Shown here piece by piece: positions 1 through 10,071 of a DNA stretch of 64,000 bases. The DNA comes from an uncultured Gemmatimonadaceae bacterium (GTDB taxonomy: Bacteria > Gemmatimonadota > Gemmatimonadetes > Gemmatimonadales > Gemmatimonadaceae). Position numbers and translations under genes: made by a program. Numbering within the stretch: the first letter of the stretch is position 1; each line of letters starts with the position of its first letter. The stretch covers positions 1,824,001 to 1,888,000 of the forward strand of contig OY970320.1 in assembly GCA_963716745.1 (NCBI GenBank). The letters are read 5' to 3'. Under the pieces are notes generated by a model, which saw nothing but the letters and a program-made list of their open reading frames with translations, did not search any database and was not told where the DNA came from.

Positions 1-1573
1 CCGCGAGGACCGCTCGAGACCGAACCGGTAGAGTCGCGGCGCGAGCCAGCCGTACCAGGCCGTGTCGCCGAGCGCGAAGTCGCCATGCAGTTCGATCACG
101 CGCGCGCGGATGTCGGCGATGACGATCGCACCGATCGCGTAATTCGACATGTAACCGGGGATGTCGACGAGCTGGCCGCGCCGCGCCCACCAGGAGAGTT
201 CGGGATGGGGCGTGATGCGCAGGTACTGCGATGTGAGCTGCGTCCACACCGCGTTGGGATCCGAGCCCGGTTTCTCGTGCATGCGGATCTCGAAGAGCGA
301 CCAGCACACATCCATCATGATCGCGGCGTAGCGCGACCGCATGTCATCCGCGAGCGGCGCGGCGTCGCCGAGCCATTTCTTCTGCCACGCCGGCTCATCC
401 ACCTCGAGGGCAGCGATGTCCGCAATGCCTTCGGTGAATGCGTCGTCGTCCGGCCAATCGAGGAATGCGGGCCGCGTGCGGATGGCCGCGATATGGATCG
501 CATGGCCGGTCTCATGCATCAGTTCCGCGAGATTGCCGAGCCCGCCGTAGCGGTACGTCGCGAAGATCCACTCGTCGCCGCGCTCCCATGAGTCGCCGGT
601 GCGGCGTGCGCGGCGTCCGAACGTCGTATACGCGACAGGCGTCTTCCCTTCACGCGGCTCCAGATCGTAGCGCACCTGGAGTGTGTCGAGATTGGCGCCA
701 AGCGACCGGTAGTAGGCGGCGTTGATCGCGGTGAGGCCCTGCTTGCGAGATGCGCGCATCGAGCCGCCGGTCGGCGCGGCCCGCCACATAGTCGTAGTCC
801 CATGGCTCGATCATGGAGTCGGGCGTCACGTCGTGCCATCGCTGCAAGAGCGCGACGAGCCATGATTCCATCAGTGCGGGATCGACGCCCACCGCGGTCG
901 CGGCGTCGGCCACAGGCGATCCGTGTTCCTGCCAGCGCTTCGCGCTCAACGGCACCATCACGCGGTACGGACTCGCGGGGCCGTCGTCCCCGTTCATCGT
1001 CGCGAACATCGGCTCGAGCGACAGGAAGAGCCGCCGGCGCAGCGCCGAGTCCGGCGTGGTGGTGAGACGTCCGAGCACGGTGAGTCGGTCGAGACGTTCG
1101 CCCTCGAAGATCACATTGCGCGCGGCGTAGCCGTAGCACGCGTAGATGCGCGACGAGAGGGAATCGAGTCCGTTGGGGCGTGCGGCGATCGCGGCGGGAT
1201 CGTAGTCGCACTTCGGGCGTGCCGTGTCGGGCACTTCGGCCGCGGCCGCGGCGGCGAGTTCACCGGCCGCCGTGCTTCGCATCGTGCGCAGCGCGCGACG
1301 GTCGAGCGAATCGAGCGGCACACTGTCCACCGCGCGCAGCAGCGCGCCGAGCACATCGCGCTCATGAGGGTACGCGCGCGCGACGGCGGCGAGCGAGCCG
1401 CCGCTCTCGACGCGTTCCACGCCGCGTGCACGCGCGACATCCATTTCATCCTTGAGCGCGCGCACGGTCTGGTATTGCAGCTCCGCCGCCGCGAGCGGCG
1501 CCGGCGTCTGCGCGGCGGCCAGGCTCGAGAGGGCCGCGACCGCGGCGAGCGGGCAGATCACGAGGCGTCGCAT
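1..1573 (-). CDS. Secreted zinc metallopeptidase (gluzincin, M2/M3/M32-like); frameshifted near 740; runs off window start
   Basis: Signal peptide in ORF 650..1573. After a +1 shift near 737-745 the frame reads GLTAINAAYYRSLG...LAELMHETGHAIH...AFTEGIAD...YMSNYAIG (HExxH plus downstream E) and stays open to base 1. Confidence 0.75.
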
Positions 1574-1694
1574 GCGGTGAGTCTACCGTTCGAGCCGCGG
1601 CTCCACTAGCGCCGCACGCGCGGCCGCCGTGCTTGCGCTCGCACGGGCGCGCCCGCCAATTCCCCAGTCACTTCCCTCACCCCGCGAATCTCTC

Positions 1695-3389
1695 ATGAAA
1701 CGGTCGCTCGTTCTAACATCGGTGGTCCTCGCCGCCTGTGCCACCGCCGGCCACTCGCCCTCGGGCGCAGGCGATACGTACTCGCTCGTCGTCACGCACG
1801 CCAAGATCGTGGACGGCACCGGCAATCCGTGGTTCTACGGCGATGTGGGCGTGCGCGGCGATCGCATCGTGCGCGTCGCACCCGACGGCGCGCTCGCCGA
1901 CGCGCGTGCTGACCAGCGCATCGATGCCAAGGGCCAGGTGCTCGCTCCCGGATTCATCGACATGCAGGGCCAGTCGTACGAATTGCTCAATGGCGATGGC
2001 CGCGACGTCAGCAAGATCACGCAGGGCGTCACCACGGAGATCCTCGGCGAGGGCGACACTCCCGCGCCGGTGAACGACAAGATCCTCGCGACGCTGCCCG
2101 CGAACGACAGCGCCGACCGGCGCACGCTGAGCCAATTCATGGGGCCGCACGGGTTCGGCCAATGGCTGGACGCGATGCAGGCGCACGGCATGTCGGTGAA
2201 CGTCGGCTCCTTCGTCGGCGCCGCGACGGTGCGCGTGTACGCGAAGGGTGAGGCCACGGGCGAACCCAATACGGCCGAGCTCGACACGATGCGCGCCGTG
2301 GTGCGCCGCGCGATGCAGGACGGCGCATTCGGATTCGCCAGCGCGCTCATCTATCCGCCGGGCTCCTTTGCCGGCACGAACGAACTCACCGAGATGGCGA
2401 AGGCGATGGCGCCGTATCACGGCGTCTACATCACGCACATGCGCTCGGAGGAGAACACGCTGCTCGAAGCGATCGATGAAGCGATGGCGATCGGACGCAA
2501 CGGCGGCGTGCCGGTGGAGATATACCACCTGAAGGCCGCCGGTCCGAAGAATTGGTACAAGGCGCCGGCGATGGTCGCGAAGATCGACTCGGCGCGCAAC
2601 GCGGGACAGGACGTCGGCGCCACCATGTATCCCTATTCGGCGAGCGGCAACGGATTGTCGGCGTGCTTGCCGCAGTGGGCGAGCGCCGACGGCAAGCTGA
2701 TGGCGAATCTGAAGGACTCAGCGATGCGCGTGAAGATCATGGCCGCCGCCACCGACACGGGACCGGGCGCGCTCGACCTGTGTCAGGGTCTCGCCGGCCG
2801 GATCATGGTCGTCGGCCTCACGACGCCGACATGGAAGGAGTACGACGGGATGCGCATCGACAAGATCGCCGCCGAGGTGCAACGGCCGTGGATCGATGCG
2901 CTCGTGCAGATCGTCATCGACGAGAACAACCGGCCCGGCAAGATCACGTTCAGCATGACCGAGGAGAACGTGTCCATGCAGCTGGCGCGGCCGTGGGTGC
3001 TGATCGGCACCGACGCCGGCGGATCGGATCCGGACAGCTCGCACGACATCGTGCATCCGCGCGGCTACGGCAGCTATCCGAAGATCCTGGGCCGGTACGT
3101 GCGCGAGCAGCATCTGCTCACGCTCGAGGAAGCCGTTCGGAAGATGAGTTCGGGTCCCGCCGCGCGGCTCTCGCTCTTCGACCGCGGTCTGATCCGCGAG
3201 GGGATGTTCGCCGACCTCGTGCTCTTCGATCCCGCGACCGTGATCGACAAAGCGACCTTCGAGAAACCGCACCAGCTCTCCGTCGGGATCACCGATGTGT
3301 GGGTGAACGGAGTGCGCGTCGTACATAACGGACTGCCGACGGGGGCGAAGCCAGGGGTCGCGGTGAGAGGACCGGGGTGGGCTCCGTAA
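1695..3389 (+). CDS. N-acyl-D-amino-acid deacylase (D-aminoacylase)-family amidohydrolase, probable lipoprotein
   Basis: KIVDGTGNPWFYGDVGVRGDRI, APGFIDMQ, QGVTTEILGEG, HPRGYGSYPKILG, GMFADLVLFDP; LAAC lipobox after ATG 1695. Confidence 0.85.
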   Translation: MKRSLVLTSVVLAACATAGHSPSGAGDTYSLVVTHAKIVDGTGNPWFYGDVGVRGDRIVRVAPDGALADARADQRIDAKGQVLAPGFIDMQGQSYELLNGDGRDVSKITQGVTTEILGEGDTPAPVNDKILATLPANDSADRRTLSQFMGPHGFGQWLDAMQAHGMSVNVGSFVGAATVRVYAKGEATGEPNTAELDTMRAVVRRAMQDGAFGFASALIYPPGSFAGTNELTEMAKAMAPYHGVYITHMRSEENTLLEAIDEAMAIGRNGGVPVEIYHLKAAGPKNWYKAPAMVAKIDSARNAGQDVGATMYPYSASGNGLSACLPQWASADGKLMANLKDSAMRVKIMAAATDTGPGALDLCQGLAGRIMVVGLTTPTWKEYDGMRIDKIAAEVQRPWIDALVQIVIDENNRPGKITFSMTEENVSMQLARPWVLIGTDAGGSDPDSSHDIVHPRGYGSYPKILGRYVREQHLLTLEEAVRKMSSGPAARLSLFDRGLIREGMFADLVLFDPATVIDKATFEKPHQLSVGITDVWVNGVRVVHNGLPTGAKPGVAVRGPGWAP

Positions 3390-3394
3390 CTACG

Positions 3395-3496
3395 CGGGAA
3401 GCGGGAAGCGGGAAGCGCCGCGGGAGTGCGATAACGCACGAGGACTCCTCGTCGCTGTGCTCGCTTCCCGCGGCGCTTCCCGCTTCCCGCTTCCCG
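3395..3496. repeat. Long inverted repeat built from GGGAAGC heptamers, between convergent genes
   Basis: 31-bp perfect arms 3395-3425 and 3466-3496 with an inner hairpin ACGAGGA/TCCTCGT; partial copy at about 7621-7645. Confidence 0.8.
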
Positions 3497-5174
3497 TCAG
3501 TTCCGTACGAGCTTTCTGATATTTCAGCCGATGCGGCTGATCCGCATCCGCTCCCTTCCGCTTGTGCAGATCATCGATGTACGCGGCGTAATTCCCCTCG
3601 AACCACACCACTTCGCTGTCGCCCTCGAAGGCGAGCATGTGCGTGGCGACGCGGTCGAGGAACCACCGGTCGTGTGAGATGATCACCGCGCAGCCCGCGA
3701 AGTCGAGCATCGCATCTTCGAGCGCGCGCAGCGTGTCCACATCCAGATCGTTCGTCGGCTCGTCGAGCAACAGGAGATTGCCGCCGGCCTTCAGCACGTT
3801 CGCGAGATGCAGCCGGTTGCGTTCGCCGCCGGAGAGGTCCTTCACCTTCTTCTGCTGATCGGCGCCGCGGAAATTGAAGCTCGCCAGGTACGCGCGCGCG
3901 TTCATCTCCTTGTTGCCCACCGCGATCGTCTCCTGGTTGCCGCAGACTTCCTGGAACACGGTGTTCGCGGCATTCAGTTCGCGCCCTTGGTCCACATAGG
4001 CGATCTGCACGGTGTCGCCCACGGTGAGCGAGCCGCCGTCGGGCTTCTCCTGATTCGTGATCAACCGGAAGAGCGTCGTCTTGCCGGCGCCGTTCGCGCC
4101 GATCACGCCGACGATCCCGCCGCGCGGGAGCGCGAACGAGAGATTCTCGAAGAGCAGCCGGTCGCCATATCCCTTTTTCAGGTCCTTCGCGATCACGACA
4201 TCGTTGCCCAGCCGCGGCGGCGGCGGGATCACGATCTCATTCTTCGACACGCGCTCGAACGTGTCGGCGGCCGCCAGCTCCTCGTACTTCTGGATGCGCG
4301 CCTTGTTCTTCGCCTGCCGCGCGCGCGGCGCCATGCGCACCCACTCGAGCTCGTGCTCCAGCGTGCGCTGCCGCGCGCTCGCCTGCTTCTCCTCCTGCTT
4401 GAGCCGCGTGCTCTTCTGGTCCAGCCAGCTCGTGTAGTTCCCCTCCCATGGGATGCCCGAGCCCCGGTCCAGCTCGAGGATCCACTTCGCGACGTTGTCC
4501 AGGAAATACCGGTCGTGCGTGATCGCCACCACCGTGCCCGGGAATTCCGCGAGATGCCGCTCGAGCCACGCGACGCTCTCGGCGTCCAAATGATTCGTCG
4601 GTTCATCCAGCAGCAGCATGTCCGGATGCTCGAGCAGCACGCGGCACAGCGCCACACGCCGGCGCTCGCCGCCGGAGAGCTTCGTCACGTTCGCGTCGGC
4701 GGGCGGGCAGCGCAGCGCATCCATCGCGATGTCGATCTGACGGTCCAGCTCCCAGAGATTCTGCGTGTCGATCTGCTCCTGCACACGCCCCTGCTCGTCG
4801 ATGAGTTTCGCCATCGCGTCGTCGCTCATCGGCTCGGCGAATTTCGCGGAGATGTCTTCGAATTTCTTGAGCAGCCCGCGCTGCGCCGACACGGCGAGCT
4901 CGACGTTCCCCTTCACGTCGAGCTTTGGATCCAGCTGCGGCTCCTGCGGCAGATACCCGATCTTCGTCCCCTGCGCCGGCCACGCTTCGCCTTGGAAATC
5001 CTGATCGACGCCGGCCATGATCCGCAGCAGCGTGCTCTTGCCCGCGCCGTTGCCGCCGAGCACGCCGATCTTCGCGCCAGGATAGAACGAGAGCCAGATG
5101 CCGCGCAGGATCTCCCGGCTGGGCGGGACGACCTTGCGCAGGTCCTTCATGACGTAGATGAACTGTGGAGCCAC
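3497..5174 (-). CDS. ettA: Energy-dependent translational throttle protein EttA (ABC-F); probable +1 error in the last codons
   Basis: Two ABC domains ([34 protein letters not shown]), ELEWVR linker, [14 protein letters not shown] start 5174. Removing one base near 3518 gives RLKYRKLVRN* ending at 3497. Confidence 0.92.
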
Positions 5175-5235
5175 GGGATTCCGGGTTCGGGGGTCTGGAA
5201 ATGTAATCGCCCGCCGTCCCCGATGGCCGAGGCTC

Positions 5236-5715
5236 TTACCAGTCTTTCTTGTACGCCAGTTCCTCAATCCGATACCCGTGCAGCATGTCGTGCAGCAGCA
5301 GGTGCCGGAACATGATGTACACGGTGTACGTGCTGTAATCCGGGTGGCGCGCAGTGCGCGCCCACTGCGCGGGCGTCAGCGTCCGGATCTTCGCCAGGAT
5401 CTCCGTGCGCTCCCTGGCGAATTTCGCCAGCGTCGCGTCGAGATCCATCTTGATCAGCATGTCTTCCGGCTCGGACTCGGGATTGTATGGCACGACTTTC
5501 GCGCCGTCCTCCTTCAGCATCCGTTCGAGCCGGTCGAAGAAGAGTCCGTGCACCGTGCCGAGGTGGCACGCGTGCTCATGCGCGCTCCACTTCTTCGGAG
5601 CCGGCCGCCGCTTCAGGTTCTCGGGCGGCATCTCCCGCAGCATCGGGATGATCATGTTCGGAACGCCCTCCAGTGCGGAGAGCAGTGCGGGAACGTCGTT
5701 CGCCGGTGCTTTCAT
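5236..5715 (-). CDS. DinB/YfiT-family protein
   Basis: [17 protein letters not shown] and HLLLHDMLH His motifs; GGAGG RBS before ATG 5715. Confidence 0.8.
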   Translation of the reverse strand: MKAPANDVPALLSALEGVPNMIIPMLREMPPENLKRRPAPKKWSAHEHACHLGTVHGLFFDRLERMLKEDGAKVVPYNPESEPEDMLIKMDLDATLAKFARERTEILAKIRTLTPAQWARTARHPDYSTYTVYIMFRHLLLHDMLHGYRIEELAYKKDW

Positions 5716-5818
5716 GTCTCCTCCAGTGACAACGAAGTGCGATGAAGTCACGTATCTTTGTCGCGCGTCTCGCGCAGGATCCAGAGCTGTCAGCCTCCTC
5801 TTCCCCTACAAATAGCTC

Positions 5819-7495
5819 ATGCATCGTCGCCTCGTAATCCTCGCGGCCCTCGCCGCGTTCCCGACCCTCGCCGCGGCCCAGGCGCCACTCCCCCTCAAGC
5901 ACAAGCCGCAACCCACCACGACCGCCATCACCGCCGCGGATCTCATGACGCGGCTCTACATCTTCGCCGACGATTCCATGGCCGGCCGACAGGGCGGCAC
6001 AGAGGGAAATCTCAAGGCGACGGCCTACATCGCCGCCGAGCTGAAGAAGATCGGCCTCACCCCCGCCGGCGATAGCGGGACGTACTTCCAGTATGTGCCG
6101 CTCGTGCGCCGCAGCTTCGCGCCGGTGGACACGCTGCGCGCCGACACCACGTTGCTCATCGCGCCGGCCGACTTCGTCCCGCTCGGCACGCGCGGCACAC
6201 CGCGCCCGCTTGACGGCGTGCGCGTCGTGTACGGCGGCATCTGGGCCGACTCCTCGACGTGGATCTCGCCCGCGCAGGCGGCGGGCAAGCTCGTGGTGTT
6301 CGGCATGGCGCCGGCCGCGGCGGGACAGCGCGTCGCAATCCCATTCCTGCGTGGCAACAGCCGGTTCGCCGGCGCGGCCGGCGTGGCGGTGCTCGGACTC
6401 GAGCGCGCGACGCCCGGCGCGCTCGGCCTCCTCTCGCGCCCGTCCATCGGCATGGCCTCCGGTGCATCGACCGGCGTCGGCTCGCCGCAGATCATGATCA
6501 TCTCGCCGCGCACGGCGCAGTTGCTCATGGGCCGCGCGCTCGATAGCGTGCGCGCCGGCGACAGCGGCACCGTCGTGCACGGCCGCATCGTGCTCAATGA
6601 GCAACCGCTCCTTGCGCGCAATGTCGTCGCGGTACTGCCTGGCAGCGACAAGAAGGTGCGCGGCGAGTACGTCGCGATCGGCGCGCATAGCGATCACATC
6701 GGCGTGCGCGACCGCGCGGTGGACCACGATTCACTCCGCGCCGCGCTCACCGCCGCATGGGTGCTGCGCAATCGCGACATCGAAGCGCCCGCGCCGAGCG
6801 CGGAGGCGATCGCGAGCATCCACGTGAACGTCGACAGCCTGCGCAAGATCCGGCCGCCGCGCCCCGACTCGATCAATAATGGCGCCGATGACGACGGTTC
6901 GGGCTCCGTGGGGTTGCTCGAGATCGCGCAGGCGATGGCCGCGATGAAGCCGCATCCCAAGCGGTCCATACTCTTCGTGTGGCACACCGGCGAAGAACTC
7001 GGCCTGCTCGGCTCGCGGTGGTTCACCGACCACACCACCGTGCCGCGCGACTCGATCGTGGCGCAGCTGAACATCGACATGATCGGCCGCGGCAGCGCGC
7101 TCGACGAGAAGGGCGGCGGCCCATTCTATCTGCAGCTGATCGGCTCGAGGCGCCTCTCGACCGAACTCGGCGACCTCGTCGAAGCGCAGAACAAGAAGCG
7201 CAAACAGCCGTTCACGTTCGATTACACCTTCGACGCGAACGGGCATCCCGAGAATATCTATTGCCGCAGCGACCACGCGAACTACGCGCGCTACGGCATC
7301 CCGATCACCTTCTTCACCACCGGCACGCACCAGGATTATCACCAGCTCACCGACGAGCCGCAGTACATCGACTACACGCATTTCGCGCACGTGACGCAGT
7401 TCATCTTCGACGTGGGCGTGACCGTCGCGAACCTCGACCACCGGATCGTGGTGGACCACCCGCTCCCCGATCCGACGGCCCCATGCCGGCAGTAG
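5819..7495 (+). CDS. Secreted M28-family peptidase with PA-like insert
   Basis: Signal peptide; IGAHSDH, NGADDDGSG, GEELGLLGS, NIDMIGR, RSDH, DYHQLTD. Confidence 0.9.
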   Translation: MHRRLVILAALAAFPTLAAAQAPLPLKHKPQPTTTAITAADLMTRLYIFADDSMAGRQGGTEGNLKATAYIAAELKKIGLTPAGDSGTYFQYVPLVRRSFAPVDTLRADTTLLIAPADFVPLGTRGTPRPLDGVRVVYGGIWADSSTWISPAQAAGKLVVFGMAPAAAGQRVAIPFLRGNSRFAGAAGVAVLGLERATPGALGLLSRPSIGMASGASTGVGSPQIMIISPRTAQLLMGRALDSVRAGDSGTVVHGRIVLNEQPLLARNVVAVLPGSDKKVRGEYVAIGAHSDHIGVRDRAVDHDSLRAALTAAWVLRNRDIEAPAPSAEAIASIHVNVDSLRKIRPPRPDSINNGADDDGSGSVGLLEIAQAMAAMKPHPKRSILFVWHTGEELGLLGSRWFTDHTTVPRDSIVAQLNIDMIGRGSALDEKGGGPFYLQLIGSRRLSTELGDLVEAQNKKRKQPFTFDYTFDANGHPENIYCRSDHANYARYGIPITFFTTGTHQDYHQLTDEPQYIDYTHFAHVTQFIFDVGVTVANLDHRIVVDHPLPDPTAPCRQ

Positions 7496-7518
7496 GCGAA
7501 CGGTAAGGCGACACTGTC

Positions 7519-7558
7519 AAAGGGGCGGCGGGCCGATCGAGGCCCGCCGCCCCTTTTT
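7519..7558 (+). terminator. Rho-independent terminator
   Basis: AAAGGGGCGGCGGGCC-gatcga-GGCCCGCCGCCCCTTTTT. Confidence 0.85.
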
Positions 7559-7580
7559 CGCGCCAGCGCTGGGCCAATGC

Positions 7581-7693
7581 TGCACGAATTGTGCACAAAT
7601 CGCATGATTGAGGCGTCGTCGCGCTTCCCGTTTCCCGCTTCCCGCGCTGCTGTTGCATTTTTCGTGCAGTAATTGCAAATTCCGGCTTACGCT
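7581..7693 (+). promoter_or_regulatory. Putative operator/promoter region of GSIII with TGCA-based palindromes
   Basis: TGCAC-N5-GTGCA 7581-7595; TGCA-N7-TGCA 7654-7668; CGTGCA-N5-TGCAAATTCCGG 7663-7685; -10-like TACGCT 7688-7693. Confidence 0.5.
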
Positions 7694-7728
7694 TCGCCGC
7701 CCTCCACGCCTGCCGGAGCCCCACTCAC

Positions 7729-9960
7729 ATGCCCTCGTCCATCTCCAATCCGCGGAAGGCCGCCGTGCAAGAACTCGCGCGCCGGCTCCCGCGGATCGAA
7801 CACGTCCATGCCAACGGGAAAGCGCCGCTCCCGCCCACCTCCGAATACTTCGGCGTCAACACCTTCGGCGTTCGCCAAATGAAGGCGAAGCTGCCCAAGG
7901 AGATCTACACCAAGCTCGCCGCCGCCATTCGCCTCGGGAAGAAACTCGACGTCGACATCGCGCCAACGGTCGCGCAAGTCATCAAGGAATGGGCGATGTC
8001 GCGCGGTGTCACGCATTTCACGCACTGGTTCCAGCCGCAGACGGGACTCACCGCCGAGAAGCACGATGCGTTCCTGAGCTTCGACGAGAAGCTCTCGCCC
8101 ATGGAGAGCTTCTCCGGCGCGCAGCTCATCCAGAGCGAGCCCGATGCATCCAGCTTCCCCTCCGGCGGATTGCGCGCCACGTGGGAAGCGCGCGGCTACA
8201 CCGCGTGGAATCCGGCCAGCCCCGTGTTCATCGTCGAAGGCGGCAACACGCGCACGCTGTGCATTCCCTCGGTGTTCATCGGCTACAACGGCGAAGCGCT
8301 CGACGAGATGACGCCGCTGCTGCGCAGCTCGGACGTCCTCTCCGAGAAGGCGATCGAACTCCTCGAGCTCCTCGGCGACAAGGGCGTGCAGCGCGTGTAC
8401 ACCACGCTCGGACCGGAGCAGGAATATTTCCTCATCGACCGCGTGCACTTCGCGCTGCGCCCCGATCTCGTCATGGGCGGCCGCACGCTCCTCGGCGCGG
8501 CGCCGCCGCGCGGGCAGCAGCTCGAAGACCACTACTTCGGCGGGATCCCCGAGCGCATCCAGGCGTGCATCAGCGAGGTCGAGCACGAGCTCTACAAGCT
8601 CGGCGTGCCGATCGTCACGCGGCATAATGAAGTGGCGCCCTGCCAGTTCGAGATGGCGCCGATGTTCGAGGAGTCCGACCTCGGCGTCGATCACAATCAG
8701 CTCGTGATGGCCGTGCTCCGGCGCGTCGCGATCCGCCACGGGCTGCAAGCGCTGCTGCACGAGAAGCCCTTCGCGGGCATCAACGGCTCAGGCAAGCACT
8801 GCAACTGGTCGATGGCGATCCACGCCGACAACATCGCGCTCGATGGCGTGAACCTGCTCAAGCCCGGCAAGACGCCGCATCAGAACGTGCGCTTCCTGCT
8901 CTTCCTCGCGGCCGTGCTGAAAGCGGTGCACAAGCATTCCGGCCTCCTGCGCGCGAGCGTCGCGAGCTCGGGCAACGAGCACCGGCTCGGCGCGAACGAA
9001 GCGCCGCCCGCGATCATTTCCGTGTTCATGGGCGACACGCTCACGCGGATGATCAACAGCATCGTCGCCGGGAAGGGCGGCTCCACCAACGCGGCGCAGG
9101 CGCTCATCCGCCTCGGCGTGAACAAGCTCCCGGAGATCGAGCGCGACAACACCGATCGGAACCGCACGTCGCCGTTCGCGTTCACGGGGGCGAAGTTCGA
9201 GTTCCGCGCGGTAGGCGGGTCGGCATCGATCGCGTTCCCGGTCATGCTGCTGAACGCGACGGTCGCCGAGGCGCTCACCGAGATCACGTCGGCGCTCCGG
9301 CCCTTGCTCAAGAGCGCCAAATCGGTGGATGACGCGGTGCTCAAGGTCGTGCGCGAGGTGTTCCGCGAGACCGCCGCGATCCGCTTCGAAGGCAACAACT
9401 ACGCGGACGCGTGGGTGAAGGAGGCCGAGAAGCGCGGACTCCCGAACTTCCGGCGGACGCCCGAGGCGCTCGCGCAGATGCTCACCAAGCAGTCGCGCGC
9501 GCTCTTCCAGAAGCTCGGGATCCTCTCAAAGGAGGAACTCGAGTCGCGCTATCACGTGCGCATCGAGCGCTACGTGAAGGACATGATCATCGAGCTCACC
9601 ATGCTGCGCGAGATGGTGGACACGATGGTGCTGCCGGCGTGCTTCAACTACTGCGCGATGCTCGTGGAATCCGCATCGAACGCGAAGAACGCCGGCGTCG
9701 CCGTGATCCCGCAGACCGACACGGCGAACCGCGTGGCGCGCCTGATCCAGCAGCTGCAAACGCGGCGCAATGAACTCGTGAAGGTGATCGAGCAGGTGGA
9801 GGGGATGCACGACGCGCCCGAGAAACAAGCCAAGCTCCTCACGAGCGAAGGCGCCGAGCGGATGGCCGAGGTGCGCGACAGCGCGGACACGCTGGAGCTC
9901 ATCGTAGCGGATGAGCAGTGGCCGCTGCCGAAATACCGGGAGATCCTTTTCCCGGTGTGA
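7729..9960 (+). CDS. glnN: Glutamine synthetase type III
   Basis: 743 aa; THFTHWFQPQTGLTAEKHDAF, EPDASSFPSGG, HNEVAPCQFE, HEKPFAGINGSGKH, DRNRTSPFAFTG, WPLPKYREILF. Confidence 0.95.
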   Translation: MPSSISNPRKAAVQELARRLPRIEHVHANGKAPLPPTSEYFGVNTFGVRQMKAKLPKEIYTKLAAAIRLGKKLDVDIAPTVAQVIKEWAMSRGVTHFTHWFQPQTGLTAEKHDAFLSFDEKLSPMESFSGAQLIQSEPDASSFPSGGLRATWEARGYTAWNPASPVFIVEGGNTRTLCIPSVFIGYNGEALDEMTPLLRSSDVLSEKAIELLELLGDKGVQRVYTTLGPEQEYFLIDRVHFALRPDLVMGGRTLLGAAPPRGQQLEDHYFGGIPERIQACISEVEHELYKLGVPIVTRHNEVAPCQFEMAPMFEESDLGVDHNQLVMAVLRRVAIRHGLQALLHEKPFAGINGSGKHCNWSMAIHADNIALDGVNLLKPGKTPHQNVRFLLFLAAVLKAVHKHSGLLRASVASSGNEHRLGANEAPPAIISVFMGDTLTRMINSIVAGKGGSTNAAQALIRLGVNKLPEIERDNTDRNRTSPFAFTGAKFEFRAVGGSASIAFPVMLLNATVAEALTEITSALRPLLKSAKSVDDAVLKVVREVFRETAAIRFEGNNYADAWVKEAEKRGLPNFRRTPEALAQMLTKQSRALFQKLGILSKEELESRYHVRIERYVKDMIIELTMLREMVDTMVLPACFNYCAMLVESASNAKNAGVAVIPQTDTANRVARLIQQLQTRRNELVKVIEQVEGMHDAPEKQAKLLTSEGAERMAEVRDSADTLELIVADEQWPLPKYREILFPV

Positions 9961-10054
9961 CCGCGAACGGCGCGTTAGGGATTGGATGAAGCTGGGGGCC
10001 GGCGCGTTGCGCCGGCCCCCATGTCGTTTCCGATCCCCAACGCGCCGTTTGCGG
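9961..10054. terminator. Nested long hairpin / bidirectional terminator between glnN and glnA
   Basis: Inner perfect stem 9993-10021; outer arms 9961-9986 and 10029-10054 complementary at 23 of 26 positions. Confidence 0.7.
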
Positions 10055-10071
10055 TACCAGTCCCGCCGTCT

